Assembly: GCA_965248535.1 (NCBI GenBank)
Contig: CBDFJR010000005.1
Location: 256,001-320,000 of the forward strand
Source: Phormidesmis sp.
Lineage (GTDB): Bacteria > Cyanobacteriota > Cyanobacteriia > Leptolyngbyales > Leptolyngbyaceae
DNA: 64,000 nt
Direction: 5' to 3'
The notes beneath the pieces were generated by a model, which saw only the letters and a program-made list of their open reading frames with translations, had not been told where the DNA came from and searched no databases. Positions within the stretch are counted from its first letter, which is position 1, and every line of letters begins with the position of its first letter. Made by a program: the position numbers and the translations under genes. Below are positions 30,258-39,996 of the stretch, in pieces.

Positions 30258-31970
30258 ATGGGACGAGAGACCAGACCCAAGCTTAAGTTAATGATTGTAG
30301 ACGATGAGCCAGACAACTTAGATCTGCTCTATCGCACGTTTCGGCGTGATTTTGACGTAGTGAGGGCAACCAGCGCGATCACCGCTCTCAAAATTCTTGA
30401 CCAACAGGGTGAGATGGCCATCATCATCTCCGATCAGCGAATGCCCGAAATGCTAGGAACCGAGTTTTTAAGCAAAACCGTCGATCGCTTTCCTGACACG
30501 ATTCGGATTGTCTTGACAGGCTATACCGATGTCGAAGATCTGGTCGATGCCATCAACGCCGGAAAAGTTTTCAAATACATCACCAAACCCTGGAAGCCTC
30601 AGCAGTTGCAGGTTGTTGTCGAGCAGGCGGCAGAAACCTATGGGGTGTTAAAACAAAGAACCGCCGACTTGCAGCGCGCCCTCCGACGAGAGTCGCTCTT
30701 CAATGCGGTCACCACAGCAATTCGCGAGTCGCTCGACTATCGCAGTATGCTGCAAACGATCGTCACCACCCTGGGGCAAACCTTTGGCGCAAGTCACTGT
30801 GTGCTGCACCCCGTTGAAGGAGACAGCATTGTGGCGCAACCGTCGTTCTACTGTTTAACAGGCTGTGGCTCGATCGAGGGCGATGACGATCGCCGAGACC
30901 CCATGGTGCAAGCAGTGCTACAAACTCGCAAAACACAGTCCAGCCCGGCGTTCAAAGCAGAGGCTGAGGTGCGTCTAGTGGTGCCCTTGACCTATCAGCA
31001 AGAATTGTTAGCTATTCTTTCACTGTATAAAGGTGGCCAAGATCAGGTAGAGGTCGATTCGCTGCACAGCCCTTGGTCGCCAGAGGAGACTCAACTTCTA
31101 GAAGGCGTTGCCGAACAGGCGGCCCTCGCGATTTCTCAGGCAAAGCTCTATCAACGCACCCAAAAACAAGCCGAACAAATTCGAGCCGAGTTAGCGGTAG
31201 CTCGCCAGATTCAAAGCAATTTGCTGCGGCAGTCGTTACCCATTCTTGAAAGCATCAAAGTTCAGGCGTGCTGTCACCCGGCGCGAGAGGTGGGCGGAGA
31301 CTTTTTTGAAGTCTATCAGCATCCCCAAGGCGACGTTTGGCTAGCCGTCGGTGATGTATCGGGAAAGGGCGTTCCGGCTGCGTTATTTATGGCTAGCGCT
31401 ATCTCGGTGCTGAGACGAGAACTGTCTCAAGAAACTCCTCCTGAGCCAAACATCGTGATGCAGAACCTAAACAGCATCCTTTCTCAAGATCTGATTAGCA
31501 CCAACTGCTTTATCACGATGGTTTTAGCGCGCTATTCACCGATCGAGAAGCGCCTAGTCTATGCCAATGCGGGGCACATTTACCCGATGGTCTGGGCAAA
31601 ACAGGCAGATATGGCTCGACCAGAACCAGCGGAGATCGAGCCGATCTATCTCAAAGTGCGCGGCGTTCCCCTAGGAATTTTGCCCAAGTGGGACGCGATC
31701 GCGGGAGATCTGACGCTCCATTCAGGAGAAGTGCTGCTGCTGACCAGTGACGGCATCACAGAAGCCACGGTTCCTTCTGAAGATGTGACCTGTCCCACCC
31801 ACACAACTAACGGAGGCGAGGGTAGCTCAATGCTCAAACAAACAGGACTTTGGCAATTGCTCCTTCAAGAACGGGAATGCTTAGATCTCAATCACCTTTT
31901 AGCCCGCATCCAGTCCCACAATCCGATTCAGGAAGATGACCAGACGATTCTGTCTCTGGAGGTTCTTTAA
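30258..31970 (+). CDS. Receiver-GAF-PP2C/SpoIIE phosphatase (RsbU/RsbP-like)
   Basis: VDDE, SDQRMP and TKPW receiver motifs; GAF; VGGDFF, GDVSGKG, SDG and DDQT PP2C motifs. Confidence 0.93.
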   Translation: MGRETRPKLKLMIVDDEPDNLDLLYRTFRRDFDVVRATSAITALKILDQQGEMAIIISDQRMPEMLGTEFLSKTVDRFPDTIRIVLTGYTDVEDLVDAINAGKVFKYITKPWKPQQLQVVVEQAAETYGVLKQRTADLQRALRRESLFNAVTTAIRESLDYRSMLQTIVTTLGQTFGASHCVLHPVEGDSIVAQPSFYCLTGCGSIEGDDDRRDPMVQAVLQTRKTQSSPAFKAEAEVRLVVPLTYQQELLAILSLYKGGQDQVEVDSLHSPWSPEETQLLEGVAEQAALAISQAKLYQRTQKQAEQIRAELAVARQIQSNLLRQSLPILESIKVQACCHPAREVGGDFFEVYQHPQGDVWLAVGDVSGKGVPAALFMASAISVLRRELSQETPPEPNIVMQNLNSILSQDLISTNCFITMVLARYSPIEKRLVYANAGHIYPMVWAKQADMARPEPAEIEPIYLKVRGVPLGILPKWDAIAGDLTLHSGEVLLLTSDGITEATVPSEDVTCPTHTTNGGEGSSMLKQTGLWQLLLQERECLDLNHLLARIQSHNPIQEDDQTILSLEVL

Positions 31971-31972
31971 CT

Positions 31973-32398
31973 ATGAGAACTGAACTTCACATTCCCAGCA
32001 CGTTGCAGTTTTTAGGCGTTGCCGAAAGTTGGCTGCTAGGCAGTCTAGCGATCGAGCTAGGCGATCAGGTCGATTGGTCACGGCAGTCAAATCGCCTGCG
32101 GCTGGCGTTAGTTGAGGCTTATTCTAACGTGGTGCGACATGCTCACCGCGATCGTCCTTATCTTCCGGTGCTGATTCGCTTAGAGGTGAAAGACCGAGAT
32201 CTGTCCCTAGAGATTTGGGACTATGGGCAAGGCTATGATCTCTCAACCTATTTGGCTCCGTGCCCTGAGGATCGGCAAGAAAACGGCTATGGCTGGCTGA
32301 TTTTGAACCGCCTGATGGACAAAGTGGAATATCGCTTGCAGGTTGATGGACGCAATTGTCTAAAACTAGAAGCGAATTTAGTAGAGGCAATGAAGTAG
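31973..32398 (+). CDS. Anti-sigma factor Ser/Thr kinase (RsbW/SpoIIAB-like)
   Basis: EAYSNVVRHAH, IWDYGQG and GYGWLILNRLMD HATPase_c_2 motifs; 2 bp after the phosphatase stop. Confidence 0.9.
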   Translation: MRTELHIPSTLQFLGVAESWLLGSLAIELGDQVDWSRQSNRLRLALVEAYSNVVRHAHRDRPYLPVLIRLEVKDRDLSLEIWDYGQGYDLSTYLAPCPEDRQENGYGWLILNRLMDKVEYRLQVDGRNCLKLEANLVEAMK

Positions 32399-32484
32399 AG
32401 CCATCAAAGCTTCAGGGGGATGGTGGCAAGGCAAAGGGCTTCAAATATAATGAGCAATCATTGCTCAAAAAACCCCAGGTAACA

Positions 32485-32703
32485 GTGATAGGAAAATACC
32501 GTGTTGTGATCGAGCCAGACGAAGATGGAGTTTATGTGGCTGAAGTTCCAACCCTTCCTGGCTGCATCTCCCAAGGTCAAACTCGTGCAGAAGCCATTAA
32601 AACTATTAAAGAAGCGATCGCAGTCTATCTTGAGAGTCTCAATTCTCATGGCGAACCTGTTCCTCCATCAATTTTTGAAGAAATTGTTGAGGTCGCGATG
32701 TGA
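32485..32703 (+). CDS. hicB: HicB-like antitoxin (UPF0150)
   Basis: YRVVIEPDEDGVYVAEVPTLPGCISQGQTRAEAI; start uncertain (GTG 32485 or TTG 32461). Confidence 0.88.
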   Translation: MIGKYRVVIEPDEDGVYVAEVPTLPGCISQGQTRAEAIKTIKEAIAVYLESLNSHGEPVPPSIFEEIVEVAM

Positions 32704-32756
32704 GTTATCTGCCACGATTATCAGGTCGTGAGAGAGTCAAAGCACTTGGAAAAATC
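32700..32756 (+). pseudogene. hicA: Truncated HicA toxin (first about 19 codons only)
   Basis: GTGA overlap with hicB; MSYLPRLSGRERVKALGKI matches the HicA N-terminus, but the following GF...GSH motif is absent. Confidence 0.75.
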
Positions 32757-32787
32757 TTGTTTTTAACCAGAGCTTTCCTAAAAAACA

Positions 32788-32815
32788 GTAGAGACGCAAT
32801 GAATCACGTCTCTAC
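32788..32815. repeat. GTAG-type REP-like palindrome (second family)
   Basis: gtagagacg-caatgaatca-cgtctctac. Confidence 0.8.
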
Positions 32816-32871
32816 AAAATTGTGGTTTATTGAACTAACAGACAGAGACCTGACGGTCAGAGTCAAAAAAT

Positions 32872-33531
32872 CTATTTCTGACCCATTTGTGCAGCAACTT
32901 CTGCGGCAAAGTCAGTCTCTTCTTTTTGAATGCCTTCACCCAACACAAACCGGACAAATCGACGCACTTGAATGTTTTCGCCCAACTGAGTGACGGTTCG
33001 CTTGACCAACTCATCAACGGTGATGTTTTGATCGCGAATGTAGGGCTGATCGAGCAGACACATTTCCTTCAGACGCTTGTCGATGCGACCTTGAACGATC
33101 TTCTCTTTAAGGTCTTCTTTTTTGCCGCTCAGATCATCTTTGCCCATCTCGATCGCTTTCTCTTTATTGACGATCGCTTCGGGGATGTCGCTGACTTTGA
33201 CATATTCCACGTTGGGGCACGCTGCCACCTGCATCGCCACGTTTCTCACCAGTTGTTGAAACGCTTCGTTGCGCGCCACAAAGTCGGTCTGACAGTTCAC
33301 TTCGACCAAAACGCCAATGCGCCCGCCTGTGTGAATATAGCTATCGACCAATCCTTCAGCCGCGACCCGACCTTCTTTTTTACCCGCAGAAGTGATTCCC
33401 TTTTGGCGCAGCCATTCTGAGGCTTTTTCTAAATCACCGTTGTTTTCTTGGAGTGCCTTTTTGCAATCCATCATGCCTGCGCCTGTTTTTTGGCGGAGTT
33501 CACCGACCATTTTTGCCGAAATGTCTGCCAT
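32872..33531 (-). CDS. tsf: Elongation factor Ts (short cyanobacterial form)
   Basis: [17 protein letters not shown] and [10 protein letters not shown] motifs. Confidence 0.98.
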   Translation of the reverse strand: MADISAKMVGELRQKTGAGMMDCKKALQENNGDLEKASEWLRQKGITSAGKKEGRVAAEGLVDSYIHTGGRIGVLVEVNCQTDFVARNEAFQQLVRNVAMQVAACPNVEYVKVSDIPEAIVNKEKAIEMGKDDLSGKKEDLKEKIVQGRIDKRLKEMCLLDQPYIRDQNITVDELVKRTVTQLGENIQVRRFVRFVLGEGIQKEETDFAAEVAAQMGQK

Positions 33532-33609
33532 CTTGCCTGTTCCCTAATCAACGAGTGGTTAGCCGTCAGCCGTTAGAGGTCAAAACGACAAACGGCTGAA
33601 CGGGTCGAG

Positions 33610-34398
33610 TTATTCTGCGGCGGGTTCTGCCGCTTCTTCGGGAGCGAAGGCTTCGCTTTCGTCGTATTCGTATTCGTCGTCAGCGCCTTCGTAGTCGTAT
33701 TCTTCATCTTCGAGTTGACCGTGACGACCTTCATAGATCGCATCTGCCAATCGACCTACTATTAGCTTAATCGAGCGGATGGCATCATCATTCGCTGGAA
33801 TGGGAATGTCTACCACGTCGGGGTCGCAGTTGGTGTCAAGCAGCGAGACGATCGGGACGCTCAACTTCAGACATTCTTGAACGGCGTTATATTCTCGCTT
33901 TTGATCGACGATCAGCACGACATCAGGAACCTTTCGCATGGCTTTGATGCCGCCGAGATATTTCTGAAGCTTGTCTAACTCTCGCCGCAAGACGGCTGCT
34001 TCTTTTTTGGGCAGCATATCGAGCGCGCCTGTTTCTTCGCGACGCTCAAGATCTTTGAGGCGATCGACGCGAGTTTTGATGGTCGCCCAGTTGGTCAGCA
34101 TTCCGCCAAGCCAGCGCTGGTTGACATAATAAGCCCCGCAGCGAGACGCTTCTTGAGCGACGATTCCGGCGGCTTGGCGTTTGGTGCCGATAAACAGAAA
34201 CTTTTTGCCTTGCTCAGACGCGGTACGCACGTAGTTATAGGCAGTGTCCATCAACTGGGCGGTTTGCACCAGGTCAATGATGTGCACGCCGTTGCGGGCG
34301 GTGTAGATGTAGGGGTCCATCTTGGGATTCCAGCGCCGGGTTTGGTGCCCGAAGTGGACTCCAGACTCAAGCATTTGAGCCAATGAAACGACTGGCAT
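33610..34398 (-). CDS. rpsB: 30S ribosomal protein S2
   Basis: [30 protein letters not shown] and PANDDAIRS motifs. Confidence 0.99.
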   Translation of the reverse strand: MPVVSLAQMLESGVHFGHQTRRWNPKMDPYIYTARNGVHIIDLVQTAQLMDTAYNYVRTASEQGKKFLFIGTKRQAAGIVAQEASRCGAYYVNQRWLGGMLTNWATIKTRVDRLKDLERREETGALDMLPKKEAAVLRRELDKLQKYLGGIKAMRKVPDVVLIVDQKREYNAVQECLKLSVPIVSLLDTNCDPDVVDIPIPANDDAIRSIKLIVGRLADAIYEGRHGQLEDEEYDYEGADDEYEYDESEAFAPEEAAEPAAE

Positions 34399-34413
34399 TT
34401 GTTTTACTCCTGA

Positions 34414-34480
34414 TTCGGGTTAATCTTCCACCCAGGCGAGTTTCAATGAAGCTTGAAACACCCGAAGCCCTGGATGTGTG
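34414..34480 (-). ncRNA. rpsB 5' leader (S2 autoregulatory / t44-like element)
   Basis: Minus strand CACACATCCAGG..GGGTG..CCTGGGTGGAAGATTAACCCGAA keeps the CACACA, GGGU/ACCC and GUGGA..UAACCC hallmarks of the S2 leader. Confidence 0.75.
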
Positions 34481-34498
34481 ATTTGAAACAACTTTACT

Positions 34499-34509
34499 AG
34501 GATAACACA
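34499..34509 (-). promoter_or_regulatory. Extended -10 promoter of rpsB-tsf
   Basis: TGTGTTATCCT on the minus strand just upstream of the leader. Confidence 0.55.
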
Positions 34510-34564
34510 ATCAAAGGAGCGTTGTGGAAGCTGAAAAGCGGTAAGGGAGGACTCGATCGCTCTC

Positions 34565-35482
34565 CTAGTTAAGAGTCATTGCCAGCCCTTCGATCCCAAT
34601 GTCTAGTCGAACAACTTTTGCAGGCTGAATGCCCGTTTGAGGCGGCAGCGACATCCCTCCATTGGTGGTGACGTAGATTGAAGTCCGATCCCGCTCAGTG
34701 CGACCAAAAGCTAATGCAGTGCTGCCCGTCATGCCTTGCTCGGCTGCGGCGATCGTGGTGATCAGTCCATCGGGGGCAATTTTCACCACGCTGTCATAGA
34801 TATGGGTCGTTCCATACAAATTGCCTTGGTGATCGAAGGCAAAATCATCAATGTTGGCGTTTTGCACAAAGATTTCTGGCGCGCTAGGGCTGCCATCTGA
34901 GCCGAGGGGAATGCGGACTAGGTGCTGACATTGCGTGTTTGAGGCATAGAGAACGCCCTGAAAAATCTTCAGGCCATTGACAGCGGGGATCGGGTTCTCT
35001 AGGCTGCGCCGATCGAGCAAATCGTGCTCTAACCAAATTTTTGCTGATTTTTGGGTGGCGTTCAACTCCCAAATGGCACCGAGATAAGAGTCGGCGATCA
35101 GATAGCGATCGTCCATTAAATGAGTCATGCCGTTGAGAAAAATCGCGTCAGCGATCGTCACTAGTGTCTCGACTCCGCTCTGGGTGACTTTAAAGACGGC
35201 TGAGAGTCCCTCATGGGTGACCCCTGAGACGAGAAGATCACCCGCTTGATCAAAGGCGATCCCCGCAGTTTTTCCGTCAACTTTGGCAAATTCTCGTCGT
35301 TGACCAGCCGGACTGATTTCATAAATGATCCCGTCTTCATAGCTCGTGACGAAGAGAGTTCCTAGGGAGTTGACGGCGATGTTTTCAAGAAACGTGTTGA
35401 CGGGAAACTCAGCCAGCAAAGAGTTGGGCACGATCGCCGTTGGAGTCTGGTCAAAAATTGGCGGAAGCCGTGGATTGCTCAT
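34565..35482 (-). CDS. SMP-30/gluconolactonase-like six-bladed beta-propeller protein
   Basis: FLENIAV, FLNGM, AVNGLK, IDDFAFD and GSTALAFG blade motifs. Confidence 0.75.
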   Translation of the reverse strand: MSNPRLPPIFDQTPTAIVPNSLLAEFPVNTFLENIAVNSLGTLFVTSYEDGIIYEISPAGQRREFAKVDGKTAGIAFDQAGDLLVSGVTHEGLSAVFKVTQSGVETLVTIADAIFLNGMTHLMDDRYLIADSYLGAIWELNATQKSAKIWLEHDLLDRRSLENPIPAVNGLKIFQGVLYASNTQCQHLVRIPLGSDGSPSAPEIFVQNANIDDFAFDHQGNLYGTTHIYDSVVKIAPDGLITTIAAAEQGMTGSTALAFGRTERDRTSIYVTTNGGMSLPPQTGIQPAKVVRLDIGIEGLAMTLN

Positions 35483-35506
35483 GCTAGAACTCCTGGTCGA
35501 ATAGAC

Positions 35507-36439
35507 TTATCGCTGCTGAGATTCTTCATAGGCATCATACACGGCGCGAACTGTATACCAATTGAGAAAAATGCGGGCGACCTGCTCGGCGAGTTGGGGT
35601 TTGCCTTGTTGAATCAGCCAACCAATCAGAGGAGTCATCGTCCGTTCGTTAAGCCGACCTCCGATCGTCAGTCCTTCCCACAGGACTCGACTGATCCACG
35701 TCATTTGGATCATTAGCCGCACGTCCCAAGTCGGATGTTTTTGATAAAACAACACACCCATGCGCCCGCGCTGAATTTCTTTGTCAATCATGCTGGGAAT
35801 TTGTTCTAGCGAGAACGCCGGATGCCAGTGATAGCCGACCGCATTGGGACATTTGATCAGCGTCAATCCCAAGTTCTTAAGCCGGACTCCCAACTCCAAA
35901 TCTTCCCAGCCATAGAGTTGAAAGCCTACGTCAAACAGTCCGGCTTTTTCGAGCCAGTGACGAGCGATCGCCACATTTCCCGTCGCAAAATAGGCGGCCG
36001 AAAAATCCGTCACTTTAAACGGTTCTGCCGTCGGATTCTCAAAATTGCAGGTATTTATGACTCGCCCGTAGGTAAATAAGCGATCGCTGCCCAATTCTTT
36101 TTGACCTTGGTGAAGTTTTTCGGCATGGGATCGCAGAAATTGATCGGTCACGACTAAATCACTGTCGATGAAGATAATCGTGTCTCCGATCGCTTTCTCG
36201 ACACCGAGATTTCGAGCTGCGGCTGCCCCCTGATGATGTTGACAAAACACCTTGACATGAGGAAAATTGGTCGGCTGAGATTGCAGCCACTCAACCGTCC
36301 CGTCGGTGGAGCCGTCATCGACTACCACAATTTCATAGTCAGAAAATAATTGACTGGGCTGCTGATCTTCGAGTGCCTTCAAGCACTTCTCTAAAATCGG
36401 CTGGCGATCGTAGGTCGGAATCACGACACTAAAAAACAC
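35507..36439 (-). CDS. Glycosyltransferase family 2
   Basis: SVVIPTY, VVDDGSTDGT, FIDSD and GWEDLELG motifs. Confidence 0.92.
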   Translation of the reverse strand: MFFSVVIPTYDRQPILEKCLKALEDQQPSQLFSDYEIVVVDDGSTDGTVEWLQSQPTNFPHVKVFCQHHQGAAAARNLGVEKAIGDTIIFIDSDLVVTDQFLRSHAEKLHQGQKELGSDRLFTYGRVINTCNFENPTAEPFKVTDFSAAYFATGNVAIARHWLEKAGLFDVGFQLYGWEDLELGVRLKNLGLTLIKCPNAVGYHWHPAFSLEQIPSMIDKEIQRGRMGVLFYQKHPTWDVRLMIQMTWISRVLWEGLTIGGRLNERTMTPLIGWLIQQGKPQLAEQVARIFLNWYTVRAVYDAYEESQQR

Positions 36440-36568
36440 GGCGTTCCTCTACACAAGACGTTATCAGTATCTCTTTTTGGTTCGCAAATCTGTTCATCTC
36501 CCAACATAACGTGGCGCAGATTCAATGGATAATGTATCTCCAGTCGTTACTACCAACTGAGAAAATTC

Positions 36569-37771
36569 ATGGGTCGTGCTAAAAAAGTTGTCCTAGCCTA
36601 TTCGGGTGGAGTTGATACGTCTGTCTGCATTCCTTACCTCAAGCAGGAATGGGGCGTTGAAGAAGTGATCACACTGGCGGCGGATCTCGGTCAAGGGGAC
36701 GAATTAGAGCCAATCCGCGAAAAAGCCCTAAAATCTGGTGCCTCTCAATCTCTGGTAGTAGACGCTACTCAGAGTTTTGTCAAAGATTACGCCTTTCCGT
36801 CTATTCAAGCCAACGCGCTCTATGAAAATCGCTATCCGCTGTCTACGGCGCTGGCGCGGCCGTTAATTGCCAAGCTGCTCGTCGATGCGGCGGCTGAATA
36901 TGGAGCCGATGCTGTCGCCCACGGCTGCACGGGTAAAGGCAATGATCAGGTGAGATTTGATGTGGCGATCGCCGCCCTCAACCCCGATCTCAAAGTCCTG
37001 GCACCTGCACGAGAATGGGGCATGAGCCGCGAAGAAACGATCGCCTACGGGGAGAACTTCGGTATTCCTTCCCCGGTCAAAAAATCGTCGCCCTACAGCA
37101 TCGATCGCAACCTCTTGGGGCGCAGCATTGAGGCGGGGCCGCTCGAAGATCCCTGGACGGAAGCCTTAGACGAAGTGTTTGACCTCACGAAGGCGATCGC
37201 CGACACGCCCAACGAGCCAGAATATGTCGAGATCGGCTTTGAGCAAGGAATCCCCGTCAGTCTCAATGGTGAGATGCTGAGTCCGATCGATCTGATCACC
37301 CAACTGAACCAAAAAGCTGGGGATCACGGCTTTGGTCGCATCGACATGGTAGAAAACCGTCTGGTCGGCATCAAATCACGAGAGATTTATGAAGCTCCGG
37401 CGCTGCTAGTGCTGATTCAGGCTCACCGCGATTTAGAAAGTTTGACTCTGACCAAAGATGTCAGCCAATACAAACGGGGCATCGAAGAAACCTACGCTAA
37501 TCTGGTCTACAACGGTCTTTGGTACAGTCCTCTCAAAGGGGCGCTGGATGCCTTTGTTGCCCAAACCCAAGAGCGAGTTTCAGGAACCGTCCGCGTCAAG
37601 CTGTTTAAGGGAACTGCGCTGATTGTGGGTCGCCAATCTAGCAAAACCCTCTACACGCCTGAATTAGCAACTTATGGATCGGACGACAAGTTTGACCATA
37701 AAGCGGCTGAAGGCTTTATCTACGTTTGGGGGTTGCCCACCCGCGTTTGGTCACAAAACTTGAGAGGATAG
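36569..37771 (+). CDS. argG: Argininosuccinate synthase
   Basis: [24 protein letters not shown] and [15 protein letters not shown] motifs. Confidence 0.98.
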   Translation: MGRAKKVVLAYSGGVDTSVCIPYLKQEWGVEEVITLAADLGQGDELEPIREKALKSGASQSLVVDATQSFVKDYAFPSIQANALYENRYPLSTALARPLIAKLLVDAAAEYGADAVAHGCTGKGNDQVRFDVAIAALNPDLKVLAPAREWGMSREETIAYGENFGIPSPVKKSSPYSIDRNLLGRSIEAGPLEDPWTEALDEVFDLTKAIADTPNEPEYVEIGFEQGIPVSLNGEMLSPIDLITQLNQKAGDHGFGRIDMVENRLVGIKSREIYEAPALLVLIQAHRDLESLTLTKDVSQYKRGIEETYANLVYNGLWYSPLKGALDAFVAQTQERVSGTVRVKLFKGTALIVGRQSSKTLYTPELATYGSDDKFDHKAAEGFIYVWGLPTRVWSQNLRG

Positions 37772-37790
37772 TCTCAAGTTTGAGCAAAAT

Positions 37791-37828
37791 AAAAGGGGGG
37801 ATCGTACAAAGTACGATCCCCCCTTTTT
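37791..37828. terminator. Bidirectional intrinsic terminator between argG and dedA
   Basis: aaaaggggggatcgtac-aaa-gtacgatcccccctttt perfect 17-bp inverted repeat with A/T tails. Confidence 0.9.
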
Positions 37829-37843
37829 AGTTCAGATTCAAAA

Positions 37844-38503
37844 TTACTCACTGTCACCCGCAGGTTGTTGACTCACCTTTGCCGCTTCTTGTTTTGCCTT
37901 GCGAGACTCTAACCACAGCGGCACCACAATCCAGGCGACGACGATTAACAGAGCCACGATCGTAAACTGTGAAGCCAAGCCAATCAGCTTTTCTAACGGC
38001 ACCACCTGACCCGCAAAGAAGGCTAGCGACACCATCACCGATGCCCAAGCGCAGGCTCCAGCCACGTTATAAGCCATAAACCTCCAGTAAGGCATCTCGG
38101 CGATGCCCGCCAGCGGACTCGCAAAGATGCGCAGCAGCGCAATAAAGCGACCGAATAGAACCGCTTTTCCGGCGTTCTCGCTAAACTGCGATCTCAGCCC
38201 TTCGAGCTGCTCCTCCCTCATTCGCACCAGGCTGCCCACCTTGAGCAACATCGCCCAGCCGCCATAGCGACCAATCCAATAGCCACAGTGACCGCCCAAT
38301 ATCGCCCCTGCGGCAGCATCCCCTAAAACTAGCCAATAGTTGAGTTGGTCGTTCCCAGCTAAAAACCCTCCCGCTAAGGTCACCGTTTCTCCAGGGATTG
38401 GTAAGCCCAAATTCTCTAACAAGATTCCTAGAAAAATCGCCCAATAGCCATACTGTTGAGCGATTTCCTGAATAGCTTCTGGCGAGATAAAGTCAAGTGA
38501 CAT
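37844..38503 (-). CDS. DedA family membrane protein
   Basis: LENLGLPIPGET, GYWIGRYGG, GRFIALLR and AGIAEMPYWRF motifs; probable start MSLDF. Confidence 0.92.
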   Translation of the reverse strand: MSLDFISPEAIQEIAQQYGYWAIFLGILLENLGLPIPGETVTLAGGFLAGNDQLNYWLVLGDAAAGAILGGHCGYWIGRYGGWAMLLKVGSLVRMREEQLEGLRSQFSENAGKAVLFGRFIALLRIFASPLAGIAEMPYWRFMAYNVAGACAWASVMVSLAFFAGQVVPLEKLIGLASQFTIVALLIVVAWIVVPLWLESRKAKQEAAKVSQQPAGDSE

Positions 38504-38871
38504 GCCCATAACCTTTACAAAGCTTAATCTACGTCGATCTTGACTTGATTCTATAGATCCGTCAATCCCAAGCACTGGGATTCTCTGGTCTTGAGTAGAA
38601 TTCCTGAGTTTTCTGCATCAGGTTTGCTGTATCAAACGCTCCCTTTGGAGCTTTAAAAGAAAACTTTTCACCAAATTAAAGTGTAACCGACTTCAAAATG
38701 AAGATTTCGTAAAACTTAAGGAAATCAAGCTGTTTTCAGGAATCTAATCTCTATAGTTGTAGCAAGTCTTAAGTAAATCTACTTAATCGCTGAAAAGTCC
38801 CTCGCTGCCCTTATCTCAGCACTTCAACCTGAGCTGGATATGAGCATCGGCATACGTTAGAAGAGTTCGCT

Positions 38872-39279
38872 ATGGTTACCCAGGTCAACGAAGTCATTTT
38901 TGGGGATGAGGTTATGATTTCTAGAGGACAAATTGAGGAGATTCAGCTTCAGCCCCAGGGTCGCTTAGATCTCCAAGGCGGAGAGTGGCTTCAGCAACAG
39001 CTAAAAACGATCGCTCCCCGACGATACGGGATCTGGATCATCGATCTCTCAGGCATAGAGTTTATCGACAGTCGTGGGTTGTGCGCCTTGATTAGCGGGT
39101 TGGCGCTGGCTAGAGAATCTAAAGCTCGGCTTGTGCTGTGCAACTTATCTCCCTCAGCGCAACTGATTTTTGAAATCACTCAACTCGATCGGGTCTTTGA
39201 TATTTTTGAGAGCCGTGATGCTTTGCTGACGGCTTTGGTGATTCCAGAGTCCACTGTTCTAGCCTTAAAGGTCGCTTAA
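38872..39279 (+). CDS. STAS-domain anti-sigma factor antagonist (RsbV/SpoIIAA-like)
   Basis: GRLD, IDLSGIEFIDSRGL (phosphorylatable Ser) and IFEITQLDRVF motifs. Confidence 0.9.
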   Translation: MVTQVNEVIFGDEVMISRGQIEEIQLQPQGRLDLQGGEWLQQQLKTIAPRRYGIWIIDLSGIEFIDSRGLCALISGLALARESKARLVLCNLSPSAQLIFEITQLDRVFDIFESRDALLTALVIPESTVLALKVA

Positions 39280-39996
39280 AGACGGCTGAAAAACTTGATA
39301 GTCACTGCCCTGAGCGATCGTTAAGTCTAAAATCGGAGTGTTGGTCAGGCAGTGCCAATGACAGGCAAACAGATCAGGCGACTGAATCTTGAGACTAGCG
39401 ATCGCAGGTGCCGCCGGAAAGGGAAATAACCGATCGAAGAAGACCGTTTCGCCTGCAAACCCAAACTGCATCAAATAAGTAGAAGGGGTGGCTGAGACCA
39501 GCTTCAATAATCGCTGTCCTAGCTTATAGAGAGGCTGACGATAGCGATCGGGCAGATGCAGGGGCTGGCAATAGCAACGCGAATCAACCGACGTAATCAC
39601 CTCACCATAGAGCGGCCCCTTGGCTGTGAGCACGATCGGCAGCCAAAGCTTTCCTGAGTCAGTGGGCACGCACAATGCAATCTCTACGCGCTGTCGCAGC
39701 CCCACAACATCCTCGCAGGCGCGATAAACTTTTTGTTGAGCAAACGCTAAACTCGGCGGCAGCTTGAACGTGAGAGGGCACAAGATCGTCTCCTCTAAGC
39801 TGTTTTTTCCGTTGGGGAAGTCTGGCTGAAGTCTGGCGATCGTCTGGATTTCGATCTCATATTGACACAAAAAAAGAGACTCAGTTGCGTCTGAGCCTTG
39901 AGTTTGAGGAGTGACAGAGGGCGCGAGAATTGCCTGTTTTAAGGCTTTACCCAACCCGTCAGACTCCTCATCTACCACAATCAGAACCTTAGGCAT
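39265..39996 (-). CDS. Conserved hypothetical protein (possible degenerate ATP-grasp-like C-terminus)
   Basis: 243-aa ORF coupled to the upstream gene; WLPIVLTAKGPLYGEVI and FDRLFPFP resemble a conserved cyanobacterial family. Confidence 0.65.
   Translation of the reverse strand: MPKVLIVVDEESDGLGKALKQAILAPSVTPQTQGSDATESLFLCQYEIEIQTIARLQPDFPNGKNSLEETILCPLTFKLPPSLAFAQQKVYRACEDVVGLRQRVEIALCVPTDSGKLWLPIVLTAKGPLYGEVITSVDSRCYCQPLHLPDRYRQPLYKLGQRLLKLVSATPSTYLMQFGFAGETVFFDRLFPFPAAPAIASLKIQSPDLFACHWHCLTNTPILDLTIAQGSDYQVFQPSLSDL

Noticed and set aside
32700..32993. 97-aa ORF as a full-length gene
   Set aside because: Only the first about 19 codons are HicA-like; the rest reads through a REP and antisense into tsf
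32887..33420. 177-aa ORF antisense to tsf, and similar antisense ORFs in smc, glpX, kdpB, rluD and gatA
   Set aside because: Shadows of codon-biased conserved genes with no recognisable motifs
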